This document shows, piece after piece, positions 45,594 through 56,036 of a DNA stretch of 64,000 bases; within the stretch, counting starts at the first letter, position 1, and the number at the start of each line of letters is the position of its first letter. Made by a program: the position numbers and the translations under genes. The notes below the pieces were generated by a model. That model was not told the DNA's origin. It ran no database searches and worked only from the letters and a program-made list of their open reading frames with translations. The stretch is from sequence record OR529409.1. One strand, 5' to 3'.

Positions 45594-46919
45594 ATGATTG
45601 ACATCAGTTTTCTCCGTCCTGCTAAGGTGGGTGGGATGGAGTTTATGGATTTCCAATACACCAATTTCTTCGACGAACTCAGCAGGGCCTTTGATGACGT
45701 AATTGTCGAGGGTGAATTAAAGGAAATTCCTGATGAGGTTCTTGGGCTTGTGCGCAAGTATACCGGATTTAGCAATATCGAAATTAATTTGGTAGAGGTG
45801 GGCAATCTTGCTATTGAAGCCGGGTATTTAAATCCCAATAATGTGTTCAATATTGAGGATATTGAAAAATATCTTCCTCGGTCTGAGTCTACTTTGTACC
45901 GTTGGTTTACCGGAAATAAACAAACGTTCTTTAAAGGTACAATAGATTATCAAACGGGATCTGTCGGCGGTGCTTACGCCGAACTACCCTTCCGCCTATT
46001 TGTCAATTCCCGCCTTAATACGTTTTTATCCAAATCGTTCCTGGACAAGTACAAGGCTAGTCACGGTCAGGCGTTAGCCGCTGCATTTATTCATGAGTTG
46101 GGTCACGCGTTTGGTGCGATCATGATGATCCATCAATCCGTTTACGATGCCATCACCGTAAGAACAGCGGTTGATTTCTTTACTCGAGCTAAAACGCCTA
46201 AAGATCGCGTTACCGTAATAAAGGATGGTTACCGGTTACTCGACCCAGATGCTAAATCCGATCAGAAAATCGAAAGCGAAATCGCGAACGCCGAAGACGG
46301 TAATGAATTCGTTATTTTTCTGTCCAAGATAGCCTCGCAACGTAACCTCAAACGCAGTTTAAGCTTGGGCGTCACTAAGATGAACTCTGAGGTTGTTGCG
46401 GACGCTTATTCGGTCAGAATGGGGTGCGGACGATCTCTTGCCGTGGCAATAGGGTCAATAACTAAGAACAGTCATTTAGGTCAGCTTGTACTTACTTTGC
46501 TGTTGTCCCTCATGACTGCGTTTTACAGCGCTTCTCTTTCTCTTACCGTCGGCGGTATCATGGGCGTCGGCGCTCTGGTAGTCTTCTCCTTGCTTTTTTA
46601 CATGGGTAACAATACGCCGGATGTCTATAATTCAGAACACCGTAGAATGACCGACATTCTTACTCAGATGATCGGCAAGCTGAAAGATAATAAATTTATT
46701 TCAGCTCAAGATAAACAAAAGTACTTGGGTCAGATTATCGAAACTCAGAAACTCATTGATGAGAACAAACCCTTCATTGAGGGTTCCGTTTTCCAATCGA
46801 TGTGGATGTGGTTAAAGAGCGGATCCGATGCTAAGTTAACCAATATCGAACATTATACTTCGCTTATTGCTAACAGCAAAACGAATGTATTGTCAGAACA
46901 ATTTAATTCCCTTTCCTAG
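45594..46919 (+). CDS. virion protein with a zinc-metallopeptidase-like motif
   Basis: FIHELGHAF (HExxH), downstream EVVADAY, hydrophobic segment near the C-terminus; GAGG RBS. Confidence 0.65.
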   Translation: MIDISFLRPAKVGGMEFMDFQYTNFFDELSRAFDDVIVEGELKEIPDEVLGLVRKYTGFSNIEINLVEVGNLAIEAGYLNPNNVFNIEDIEKYLPRSESTLYRWFTGNKQTFFKGTIDYQTGSVGGAYAELPFRLFVNSRLNTFLSKSFLDKYKASHGQALAAAFIHELGHAFGAIMMIHQSVYDAITVRTAVDFFTRAKTPKDRVTVIKDGYRLLDPDAKSDQKIESEIANAEDGNEFVIFLSKIASQRNLKRSLSLGVTKMNSEVVADAYSVRMGCGRSLAVAIGSITKNSHLGQLVLTLLLSLMTAFYSASLSLTVGGIMGVGALVVFSLLFYMGNNTPDVYNSEHRRMTDILTQMIGKLKDNKFISAQDKQKYLGQIIETQKLIDENKPFIEGSVFQSMWMWLKSGSDAKLTNIEHYTSLIANSKTNVLSEQFNSLS

Positions 46920-46928
46920 AGGTATGAC

Positions 46929-47327
46929 ATGTCACATTTAGCCCACACCATCACCCTGAAGAGCAAACTCTTAGAGTTGGGGGTTACTGACCCTGCGGAT
47001 CAAAAACGTATTGTTGAGAACGCTTATGTTCGTGCGCTGGTAAAATACCTGTTTACCTACAAATATGTTTTCTCCGGATACACCGAAGAAGTCGAATCCA
47101 ATATTTACCGCCGTCTGGCCAAGTGGAATGAGATCTCGCCTATTAACGGCCCTTTCATTGTTGAGAAACTCAAAGCGATCGTTCGCAATCTGAAAAACGA
47201 AGCGCTGGCTGGCGGTCAGTTCACCCCAATTAAAAATGCGAACGAAACTTTCGATGAACTGAGTTCGGAAGAGTTTATCAAATTGATGGACTGGTTGTTC
47301 GGAGAGATGGTGACCGGTAATGACTGA
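46929..47327 (+). CDS. conserved virion-cluster protein
   Basis: GAGGT RBS. Confidence 0.7.
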   Translation: MSHLAHTITLKSKLLELGVTDPADQKRIVENAYVRALVKYLFTYKYVFSGYTEEVESNIYRRLAKWNEISPINGPFIVEKLKAIVRNLKNEALAGGQFTPIKNANETFDELSSEEFIKLMDWLFGEMVTGND

Positions 47328-48825
47328 TAAAAAAGATCCTGTTGTTACCACCTATCCTTTAATTGGAGAAGGTGGTAAAGTGGTCCCGGGAGACCAAGAA
47401 GAACAATTGATCGATCTCGACGCCGCCTACAAGAAGACAGGTGAAACGAAAACCAATGAGCTTGTAGAAGGCCTGGAGCGTTACATCAACCAAAAAATTC
47501 TCGGTAAACGGGAAATGGAATTAGCTGGAGTTAAAGGAGGGGAGAATTTCGATCCCCTCCCATCCAGACGTAATGCCGTGTTGGGAGGAGAATCTTTCCT
47601 CACCGCTGTAAAAGACGGTTTTTTGAAGATCATTGATTTCATTATCAAGTTTATCAAAGGCGCCGTTAACTGGGTTATCGAACGCATTAAAGTATTACTG
47701 GGCTTTAGTAAGACAAAGGCCGAGATTAAAGCCTGCGAAGACGCCAGATCTGATATGGAGAAAGAGGTCAAATCCACCCTGTCTGGATTCGGAATCAACC
47801 CTTCTTTCTACAGCCTGGATCAGCTGGTTGAATCCGCGCCTCGTGGTATCGATCGGGTCGAAATGATTAAATACCTTTCAGCCAAATCTAAAAACGAAAC
47901 CGAGATGGCGAAAGCACTCACTGGTGTTATTCCTGACCTGACAACACTGACCCGTAAGTTAAGAGATTCTTCCGATAGCTTGACTAAACGGTACAAGCGA
48001 TTCAAAGTTGTTCTGGAAGACACCCGTAAGAAATTGGCCGCTAATAGAGTTGGAGATGCTGACGCTTACGAGCTGTCTAAAGCCATCAAAGACGTTATGG
48101 TCATTTCCGAAGACTATGGAGATGTGGTCGCTTCTTTGTCTGCGGTGGTATCTAAACTGTATGGGGTTAATCTCGATGACTCTAAAATCCTTAAAGAGGG
48201 ATTTGGTGTTTTACGAGAAAATATTGCCCGAAATCGTGCGGTTGCAACCAGTAAGCTCAATCCGGAAAAACTGACCGGTCTTTACGCTGAAATCGGAACG
48301 TTAAATAACCGGATTATTTCTGAATCGGGTAATACGTTCGATTTATCTCACGTCGACACTAAAGTTCTAAAAGAAGTGGTCTCTTTGGATGACGCCAACT
48401 TCATCAATAATTTATCTGATGTGGTCGGTAACCGTCAACTCATCGCAGACTATCAGGCCATGGCTGTTTCCGTCAGGGACTTTACTGCGATTCTGGAATC
48501 GTCTTCTGCCATTTGCGCCGACATCTCCCGTGAAATTGCCAACTTCACTAAGTGGAAAAATAACGTGGATATGTACCTCGCGGTAGCGGTCACAGAAGAT
48601 CTTAAACTGATCGCTTCTACGCTGATCGCTTCTGCGGGAGCCGGGGAATATGATCTCGACAAGTTAGGTAAGAGCAAACCTGTTGTTCTACCTGAACCCG
48701 GCCTGGTCAAGAAGACCGGTTTGATCACCCAGGAAATTCTCGACGCCGATCTCCATGGTGTTACTTCCGCTGTTAACAATTTTGCGAAAACTGCGGGACT
48801 CAACGTGAGGGTTAAACCACGATGA
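47320..48825 (+). CDS. inner-head/ejection-type protein
   Basis: LGGE followed by an amphipathic helix SFLTAVKDGFLKIIDFIIKFIKGAVNWV. Confidence 0.7.
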   Translation: MTDKKDPVVTTYPLIGEGGKVVPGDQEEQLIDLDAAYKKTGETKTNELVEGLERYINQKILGKREMELAGVKGGENFDPLPSRRNAVLGGESFLTAVKDGFLKIIDFIIKFIKGAVNWVIERIKVLLGFSKTKAEIKACEDARSDMEKEVKSTLSGFGINPSFYSLDQLVESAPRGIDRVEMIKYLSAKSKNETEMAKALTGVIPDLTTLTRKLRDSSDSLTKRYKRFKVVLEDTRKKLAANRVGDADAYELSKAIKDVMVISEDYGDVVASLSAVVSKLYGVNLDDSKILKEGFGVLRENIARNRAVATSKLNPEKLTGLYAEIGTLNNRIISESGNTFDLSHVDTKVLKEVVSLDDANFINNLSDVVGNRQLIADYQAMAVSVRDFTAILESSSAICADISREIANFTKWKNNVDMYLAVAVTEDLKLIASTLIASAGAGEYDLDKLGKSKPVVLPEPGLVKKTGLITQEILDADLHGVTSAVNNFAKTAGLNVRVKPR

Positions 48826-49502
48826 ACGAAACCCTAGAAAAATTGCTGAGTAACGCGCTGACCCATGACAGCGATTGGGAAGCTGACGCTCAACAATTTA
48901 AAGAAGGCATAAAGGAGATTCATCAGCTCCTGGAACGTCGACTGGATGCCAAGCTTCTGATGGAAGCTCTCGCTTTCTTCGACGCGTGTGAAGAAACGAT
49001 TATCGACGTAAGAGCCAGGATGGTAACAGGTCCTTCTAAAGTCAATAACGATCTTTTCTATAATTTCTGTAAATTTAAATACACGCAGAAAATTATGGGG
49101 ATCTCAGTATTGGCGGACGGCGTTTTAGTCGCTAAGGATTTCGATACCGCTATTGGTGCGATGGTTGATGATTTGTTTAAATCGCTTAATCAATCCACTG
49201 ATAACGATCGTTTCCATAAAGCGATCTGTCTTCGTCGTGATGTGAAACGACTTAAGATCGCGCTGGAAGATCCGTATACGTTTAATCTCGGTGTGGATTG
49301 GACAGCCATTGAACCAAAAGAAGATTACATTGAAGACTCGACAGATCTTGACTTCCTGAAAGAATCGAGGGAACGTCTTGCCGTCAATGAAACATCTTAC
49401 GAGTTCTGGGCGATCGAAAATCGTATCCGTCAAATTACGTCGGAGAACTACATTCGTCGTTCGTTCTTAGAGCGTCTTGGTCTTTACTACAAAAAAGATT
49501 AA
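48822..49502 (+). CDS. hypothetical protein
   Basis: ATGA overlap with the upstream gene. Confidence 0.7.
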   Translation: MNETLEKLLSNALTHDSDWEADAQQFKEGIKEIHQLLERRLDAKLLMEALAFFDACEETIIDVRARMVTGPSKVNNDLFYNFCKFKYTQKIMGISVLADGVLVAKDFDTAIGAMVDDLFKSLNQSTDNDRFHKAICLRRDVKRLKIALEDPYTFNLGVDWTAIEPKEDYIEDSTDLDFLKESRERLAVNETSYEFWAIENRIRQITSENYIRRSFLERLGLYYKKD

Positions 49503-49508
49503 TGTTAA

Positions 49509-49540
49509 ATACTCCTCCTACCCTAGGGTAGGAGGAGTAT
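49509..49540. terminator. bidirectional terminator
   Basis: ATACTCCTCCTACCC/GGGTAGGAGGAGTAT 15-bp stem. Confidence 0.85.
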
Positions 49541-49543
49541 AGT

Positions 49544-52459
49544 TTAGGATTTATGCAATTTAAAGTTTAAAGTAATATCTTCAGCAATTGTCAACAACGT
49601 GTTATTGTTGTTGTTCAACACTTTACGAATACTGAACCCAGTTGTAGCGTCTTTGTTACTAATGACATCGATGCTAGTAGACCCTGCAAACGATTCCAGT
49701 TTTATATCAACCACATCGTCACCAGAAATATCTTTAAGTGCGGAGATAAGACTGGAGTTAGAAATGGTTGAGTTGGCCAGCATGTTGTTGATAGTCTCAG
49801 GATATGTGTTAGCGAGACTGGTCTGCAACGCGTCCGACTCATACCCATTTTTGGTTAAGTAAACCGTAATGGAGAAACTGAGATCGCTCCTGATCGTCGT
49901 TTCGATATCAGCGTTGATGATGACATCGATATTCCCGATCTTAGCTTTAGGAAGAAACTTGACTTTGGTTTCGTCCAGGCTTCGATTGTTAATCGCTGTC
50001 ATATCTTGCTTGATATTATCGGTCAGATAGGTTTTGGTCGACTCATCGAAATCTTTATCGTACGTATCGGTCGTGAAGAAGTAAGAGCCATCAAACCCTA
50101 AGAAGTCGAAGCTGTACTGCAGCTTCCTAGGTTCAACTTCCACGTTGTTACCGTCGGCGTCTTTAACAAAATCGCCGATGAGATATTTGTACGTCGGATT
50201 ACCTTGAGCATCCAGAATAGGGTCACCTTTCTTATGCAAGAAGATCGGAAGACCATCATTGCCTAAAACCAGTTTCCCTTCGGCATCACGTTGAGGATAA
50301 TCTTTATCATAAGTATCCGGAACGTTGTAAGTGTACTTCTGATAACGCGCGTCGCCAGTGATCGGTCGGATACGAGTGTACATGTAATCGAGGCTCTGCC
50401 CCAGAGTAATGTTCCACTGCGTTTCGATAATCGCTTGCATATCAGCAGAGAAAAGACTAGAGGCGATTTTGTTGTCGCTATCTGATCTGTTCGTTGCATC
50501 ATCAGTAGTTTTTAACAGAAGGAAACTGAATGCGTTAGTCAGACTACTTGGGATATTATTTGCGTCCGCGTCGTACTGAGTTAGGTTGTTAAGATAAAGC
50601 AGATCGTTGTTATCGATGTCAAAGTTGCTCGATAACACAAACTGCCAAATCCTTTCACCGGAACTGTTGACCCCTACCAATTCACCCTTAACAGATGCGA
50701 GCGCTGCTGCGTTAGCTGGGGTGAAACAGAGTTGTGCTCCGACCTCATTATCCTCCAAAGCCTTGTACTCTTTACCAGACTTACAAACAAGAGTAAAGAC
50801 GTAGCCCGTTTTCGTTACGGAGACGTTAATACTTGATACGCCGAGCTCTATCCCCAGGTTGGTGTTCTCGTATAAGAATCTCTGGTAGTTGCCGGTAGGA
50901 GAATCCATCCGGTACATTCTTAACGACGCTTGATTGTCGGTAAGATCCATGACGTAATGGAACGGAGTGTAAACCAACGCATTCCCATTGACATAGTTGG
51001 AAATAGCCTCAAACCCAGAATTCTGGATGGCGGTTAATTCCGTTAAGGGGACTATCCTGGTTGTCGTTTTCGAAATATCGAATACCGTCCTGCTCGGTAT
51101 AGTGATCCGTTCGCCATTGTCAAACACCATTCCTGTCGCTACCAAATCTTCGGCACTTTGCAGAATCGATCCGATGTAGGTGTTCATGCTAGAAACCATC
51201 CCGTCTTTATTAGACTGAGCGGGAAGATCTCTGGACGCCTTGTACAGACGATTGGTGATGTAATCGATAGACAGCACTTCGTCGTAACCACGATCCTCAA
51301 TATTGTAAGAATATTGATTAGGGGTGATCGGCAAACTGTCTCGGCGATTACCGTAGATGGCCGCCCGACGAACACTTTCAAAACTACGAGGATTCGCCCC
51401 ACCCGTTACGGCGTTCACGGTAATCCAGGCTTGGTTATTCGCTTCCAACAACGGCGAGGAGTATACGCCCAATTGGTTGTTGTCGTAATTATAGTCGAGA
51501 TATTCCGGTGTGTGATCCGCAACACTAATCGTTTTAAGATCCTGTTCGTAATAACCGACTGTCGTATAAACGTACAACGCGATCTTACCTACGCCCAACC
51601 CACTCGTTATGTAAGCAACCGGAACTTCATAGGTAAACGAACCGTTATCATTATCCAGGGAGATGACCAAAGTCGGTACAGTCGTATCGAAGTTGGCTTT
51701 GTTGTAGCTAATAGCCATCTCGGCAGTACTGCCGTCTGAATAAGTGATAAAGGCACGGATGGCGTAAAGATAGTTACTGAAATAAAAGGTGTCTTTAGCC
51801 AAGCCGGAGGCTGCCGTTGTCGCGATATTGAACTTAGGTGTGTTGTTCAATTGACGAACAGGAACGAGGATGCGGAGGAACTTAACGTTGCTGATAACAA
51901 CGTAGTCGGTATCCAGTACGTTCTCTGAAATTGGATTGAGCGGATTGTTGACAGTTGAATCATAAACAACGCTATGGCCGCCATGTTCCATTAAACGAAT
52001 TTCGAAACCGTTTTCAATACTGAAGTAAGTGGAGTTAACCAGAATTCGAGTATCTTTAGGAACCAGTAGTTTCCGATATTTGTTTACTACCGCGCCATCT
52101 TCTTCCTGGTATTCGACAGCCAGACGTTTTATCTCACTCACCGGAATAAGATAAGCCATCGTTGTACTGCTAGGGACCCCGAGCAAACCGTACCATTCTT
52201 CATCAGATAGGTTACGGCTGAGATCAGACATGTTCCTCGCCTGGTTTTTATACATCTGAGCAGCTGCGTCACTATGACGACTCAGCAAAGTATATGCCTC
52301 GCCCACGATCATATCCATAGCTGTGATAAATGGATGCGTGGGGCTGTTAAAGGCGATGTTTTTACCTGACCATGCTTCTTCGATCATGGAGAGTACATTA
52401 GGAATAACTCGAGTGGGGTTATTCGATATTTTTTCTAAGTCGGAGTAGGAATAACTCAT
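49544..52459 (-). CDS. large virion structural protein, likely baseplate wedge (phiKZ gp87-like)
   Basis: 971 aa; VTGGANPRSFESVRRAAI resembles baseplate J/gp6-type motifs; synteny. Confidence 0.65.
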   Translation of the reverse strand: MSYSYSDLEKISNNPTRVIPNVLSMIEEAWSGKNIAFNSPTHPFITAMDMIVGEAYTLLSRHSDAAAQMYKNQARNMSDLSRNLSDEEWYGLLGVPSSTTMAYLIPVSEIKRLAVEYQEEDGAVVNKYRKLLVPKDTRILVNSTYFSIENGFEIRLMEHGGHSVVYDSTVNNPLNPISENVLDTDYVVISNVKFLRILVPVRQLNNTPKFNIATTAASGLAKDTFYFSNYLYAIRAFITYSDGSTAEMAISYNKANFDTTVPTLVISLDNDNGSFTYEVPVAYITSGLGVGKIALYVYTTVGYYEQDLKTISVADHTPEYLDYNYDNNQLGVYSSPLLEANNQAWITVNAVTGGANPRSFESVRRAAIYGNRRDSLPITPNQYSYNIEDRGYDEVLSIDYITNRLYKASRDLPAQSNKDGMVSSMNTYIGSILQSAEDLVATGMVFDNGERITIPSRTVFDISKTTTRIVPLTELTAIQNSGFEAISNYVNGNALVYTPFHYVMDLTDNQASLRMYRMDSPTGNYQRFLYENTNLGIELGVSSINVSVTKTGYVFTLVCKSGKEYKALEDNEVGAQLCFTPANAAALASVKGELVGVNSSGERIWQFVLSSNFDIDNNDLLYLNNLTQYDADANNIPSSLTNAFSFLLLKTTDDATNRSDSDNKIASSLFSADMQAIIETQWNITLGQSLDYMYTRIRPITGDARYQKYTYNVPDTYDKDYPQRDAEGKLVLGNDGLPIFLHKKGDPILDAQGNPTYKYLIGDFVKDADGNNVEVEPRKLQYSFDFLGFDGSYFFTTDTYDKDFDESTKTYLTDNIKQDMTAINNRSLDETKVKFLPKAKIGNIDVIINADIETTIRSDLSFSITVYLTKNGYESDALQTSLANTYPETINNMLANSTISNSSLISALKDISGDDVVDIKLESFAGSTSIDVISNKDATTGFSIRKVLNNNNNTLLTIAEDITLNFKLHKS

Positions 52460-53490
52460 TTAGCAGTCCACCATTCTAATTCCATGGTACTTAGGTTTAT
52501 CCAAGGATAAACGTTGTATTGTTTTTCTAAGAATTCACTGGGTTGTATTTGACGATAGTAAGAGGAACGCTGATCATCACCCATGTTAGGATTAAAGAAT
52601 ACGGTAGCGCCATTAAATCCGTCCACTACCTCAAACGTGTCAAACCTCGCCCCAACACTACTGAACTGAATTGTCAGTTCATCTTGCCCTTGACCGCGTC
52701 TGACAGTACTCTCGTTATCAATCGCTGACATAGCACCCATGGGGTAGGTTACGGGGATGGATTGAACTGTCATGTACATGCTTTCTATATTTCGTAAGTT
52801 TTTGTTCATAATGAAATGATAGATGCGACAGTCGAAATCCCAGTAGTTACCGGCCAGCGCCTCAAGAGAAGGCTCCATCTCATTATCACCTAATCTCACT
52901 TCGGGAATATAGCTTTCCCAAGTTTGGAAGATATAGGGAATAATACCTGGTTTTGGATTATAGAACGTCGTATTGATCGTCAGCGGTCCGTTCTCATCCA
53001 AAATCCCAACCGGGGCCTGATGGACCTCGTTACGAATTCCCGGATTACTTTTCCTGACTTCTAAATCTAAATCAGGGAACCCGTTACTGGCTTTACATAA
53101 GTTAGTTAGCGGCGCAATCCAGGCTAATTTATTGTCGAGATCCGGATGCGGATAAAGGTTAGCTGAGCGATAATCCAATAACCCCCTGACATAAGCAGGA
53201 AGGCTATCAGTTTGTGCTTTATAGAAAGGGGCGAATCGAGGAGATTTTACAACGTTATCGTCTTCGAGATTTAAAACAGGCCGCGTGACGAAAAATAATC
53301 CTATGACGTTGTCTGCAATAGGCGTCATCTGTACGCCTGGTCCCAGAATACGGATTCCCTTTAAAGTATTTGCGAGGGGTGATGTATAGGAGGAACCTCC
53401 ATTTGCTGTAAACACATCATCAAAGATGCTCAACCTGTCCGTTAGGGCTTCTCCAGTGAAGTTCTCGGAACTATTGAATTTAATATCCAT
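52456..53490 (-). CDS. virion structural protein (tail-tube/baseplate-related, phiKZ gp88-like)
   Basis: Overlap with the gp87-like gene; synteny. Confidence 0.6.
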   Translation of the reverse strand: MDIKFNSSENFTGEALTDRLSIFDDVFTANGGSSYTSPLANTLKGIRILGPGVQMTPIADNVIGLFFVTRPVLNLEDDNVVKSPRFAPFYKAQTDSLPAYVRGLLDYRSANLYPHPDLDNKLAWIAPLTNLCKASNGFPDLDLEVRKSNPGIRNEVHQAPVGILDENGPLTINTTFYNPKPGIIPYIFQTWESYIPEVRLGDNEMEPSLEALAGNYWDFDCRIYHFIMNKNLRNIESMYMTVQSIPVTYPMGAMSAIDNESTVRRGQGQDELTIQFSSVGARFDTFEVVDGFNGATVFFNPNMGDDQRSSYYRQIQPSEFLEKQYNVYPWINLSTMELEWWTAK

Positions 53491-53518
53491 TATTTATTTC
53501 CAAAAAAGAGGAACGACT

Positions 53519-54634
53519 ATGATCACCGCTGTGCTGTCCTGGGGATCCGCTATTCTTAGCCTGGCTAAGATGCTTAATCCTGACAACAAAAACTACGATG
53601 AGAGCAAAAAGGTCATTGATAAATTGGGTAGTGTGGCCGGAATCGTCAGCACGAGTTCCGCAGCTAAGTCAGCACAACGCGCCATTATCAACCCGATGGT
53701 TGTGGTGGAGCGACCGCTCCTCCACCAAGAATATATGAATGAGCTTTTAACGATCATACAATTACGCGACATCATGAACGTCCTGACCCACCTGAGTTTG
53801 CAGGGTGAAATTGGTGGCGTTAAGATCGCTAAACTGGTCGAAGGCATCAACCCATCTCGCTCCGGTTTCCTTTCGCTGATGGGCGCTGAGTCTTTTGGCG
53901 GGACCCATATTCTTCCTCCAGTGGCTGGTAATGAAGCCGATCTCGTTACCGTTAAAGATAAAGACGGTGTAACGATCGATACTAAACTTCAAAATACCCT
54001 CAACGAATACTCCCCGCTTGCTCTGGGTAAAGTCGTTGCCGCTGAAGTTAGCATCGACGGTAAACGCAGTACGTTCCCTCTGGTATTCCGTCAGATCCCG
54101 GTTCCTGCTGATACCAAACAGCTGGAGAACGTATTCCAGGTAGCTAAACCTGAAGACGGTTTCCGTATGCGTCTCATGATGCTCAAAACAGGCGAGATCA
54201 CACCTGCTGAGTTCCTCACCGGCAGCGATCTGGTTAAGAAAGAATTCACCGTTCGTAAGAACGATTTGACCGGCTATTATGAAGAAGCCCAAAAACGAGC
54301 CACTCGTAACCGTGCCGAAGCTATCCGTACTGGCGAAGCTTCCATGAACACCATGGCTAACGTTTTCGTTATGTCTTCTGATACCGCTCGTCAGATCGAG
54401 CTCGAAATCGGTTTACGTTTCTCCAACGCCTCTTCCCGCGACCGTATTTTCAGCAAAACCGTTGCCAACACGATTGTGGTGGTTAACGAAGGCCGCGGCA
54501 TATTTACGTTCTACACTCATGGGCAGGATATGCCGGAAGTGTACACGCGTTCAGAAATCAAAGTGAAGGCTGCTAAAGATACCTCTTCTAACAGCCTGCA
54601 AGATTTGCTTAAACTCTTTAACGGTGGTGTATAA
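53519..54634 (+). CDS. head protein (phiKZ gp89-like); start ATG 53519
   Basis: GAGG RBS; MGAE and AGNE motifs; synteny. Confidence 0.65.
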   Translation: MITAVLSWGSAILSLAKMLNPDNKNYDESKKVIDKLGSVAGIVSTSSAAKSAQRAIINPMVVVERPLLHQEYMNELLTIIQLRDIMNVLTHLSLQGEIGGVKIAKLVEGINPSRSGFLSLMGAESFGGTHILPPVAGNEADLVTVKDKDGVTIDTKLQNTLNEYSPLALGKVVAAEVSIDGKRSTFPLVFRQIPVPADTKQLENVFQVAKPEDGFRMRLMMLKTGEITPAEFLTGSDLVKKEFTVRKNDLTGYYEEAQKRATRNRAEAIRTGEASMNTMANVFVMSSDTARQIELEIGLRFSNASSRDRIFSKTVANTIVVVNEGRGIFTFYTHGQDMPEVYTRSEIKVKAAKDTSSNSLQDLLKLFNGGV

Positions 54635-55509
54635 TGGATCTGGTGAAATACGCTAAAGGCGTAAAGTCGCTTAAAAAGAAAGACGTCTACGATACAATCG
54701 CGTTACAGAAAGGCATGGTGAACACGATCAAAAACATGCTCGCCCTCAACGCCAGTAACGACGTCGGATACGACCAGTACGCTCAGCGCTGGGCACTGAC
54801 CAAAGGGATCCTCAAAGATGTTGGTCGTCGGGTAACGAATCCGACCATGACTGACATTTTTGTCGATTCGATTAAAGGGATCGAGTTCATCCTGTCTCGT
54901 CTGGAACAACAGGCTAAAGGCATCGACGATACCATTGACGGAACAACCCTGACCATCAAAGAAACCAATATCCTGATCATCCTGGATAACATTGGTTTTT
55001 GGACAGGTTACACTCTGGACCTGGTAGAAGTCCTGTCTTCTTTTGCGCTGGAAGGCAAAGAAGATGAGCGCGGTATTAATAAAGCCGACCTGACTTTCCT
55101 TAATAAGACTTGGTCTTATTATTCCGATCTCTCGGTTCAGTTCATGGCTGAGCCCGACCAGATCGTTCGTCGTTTAGAGAAACTCTCTGACGTGCCGGCG
55201 GATCAGGATAGCGTGGATATTGTTCAGAACGCCAAAGGTCGTGACGCTGTTAACGCGATGAGAGGGTTCGGGATTCATACCGTTCTGCCGGCCTACTGGA
55301 TTCTCGATATTAAGAAAAATATCGATCTCGGTCGTATCAAAGCTAATCAGAAGCGCATCGAAATTCACTCGATGAAACTTGAGCAGCTGATGAACAAACG
55401 TAATGGTAGCAACGATCCTCACTTGGATCGCCAGATTGAAATCTACCAAAACGACATCATCAAGGCTAAGGCTAAAATCGAAGATATCGTTGAAAGTTAT
55501 CAGGTGTAA
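54634..55509 (+). CDS. head/inner-body protein (phiKZ gp90-like)
   Basis: TAATG coupling; C-terminal coiled coil; synteny. Confidence 0.65.
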   Translation: MDLVKYAKGVKSLKKKDVYDTIALQKGMVNTIKNMLALNASNDVGYDQYAQRWALTKGILKDVGRRVTNPTMTDIFVDSIKGIEFILSRLEQQAKGIDDTIDGTTLTIKETNILIILDNIGFWTGYTLDLVEVLSSFALEGKEDERGINKADLTFLNKTWSYYSDLSVQFMAEPDQIVRRLEKLSDVPADQDSVDIVQNAKGRDAVNAMRGFGIHTVLPAYWILDIKKNIDLGRIKANQKRIEIHSMKLEQLMNKRNGSNDPHLDRQIEIYQNDIIKAKAKIEDIVESYQV

Positions 55510-55520
55510 GGGAGTCCATT

Positions 55521-56036
55521 ATGCCGAATTACCGTTCGAGCAAATACGGTATGGTGAGCGCGGATCTTTTGGATCCCTCCCTTACCGCTGTTAACGATCT
55601 ATTAAAACTCTATCTCAGAAATGCGGGCCAAGATTTCGAATTCGGCATTGCGCCTAAGAACATTCAGGAAGTGTTTCGGAATGTCAACACGCTGATGGCT
55701 AATGACTTCCGTGCTTGGCTGGCGGCTAACTACAACGATGGCGTCGGGCTGCGATCAGATATGGTTCGTCGAATCCTGGGTTTTCTTTCTGGTGAACTGA
55801 CTGGTCAGTTGGTCGTAGAGGGCATCCGGATGGACCAGATCAAGGTCAGACATCTGAAACGCATCGGTGGAGAGGCTAAACCTTATCTCCCTGCCCCTGC
55901 CAAAAGAAATGAAAAATGGCATGATGCCCTGAACAATGTCTTACCTAACGATTTCTACAGTTTGGTAGAAGGTATCGGCTTGCAGGCATTAGTTTGTTTA
56001 ATGCTGACGTTAAGTGGGGAAACAGGCGATGTCTGA
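55521..56036 (+). CDS. virion-cluster protein
   Basis: AGGGAG RBS. Confidence 0.7.
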   Translation: MPNYRSSKYGMVSADLLDPSLTAVNDLLKLYLRNAGQDFEFGIAPKNIQEVFRNVNTLMANDFRAWLAANYNDGVGLRSDMVRRILGFLSGELTGQLVVEGIRMDQIKVRHLKRIGGEAKPYLPAPAKRNEKWHDALNNVLPNDFYSLVEGIGLQALVCLMLTLSGETGDV

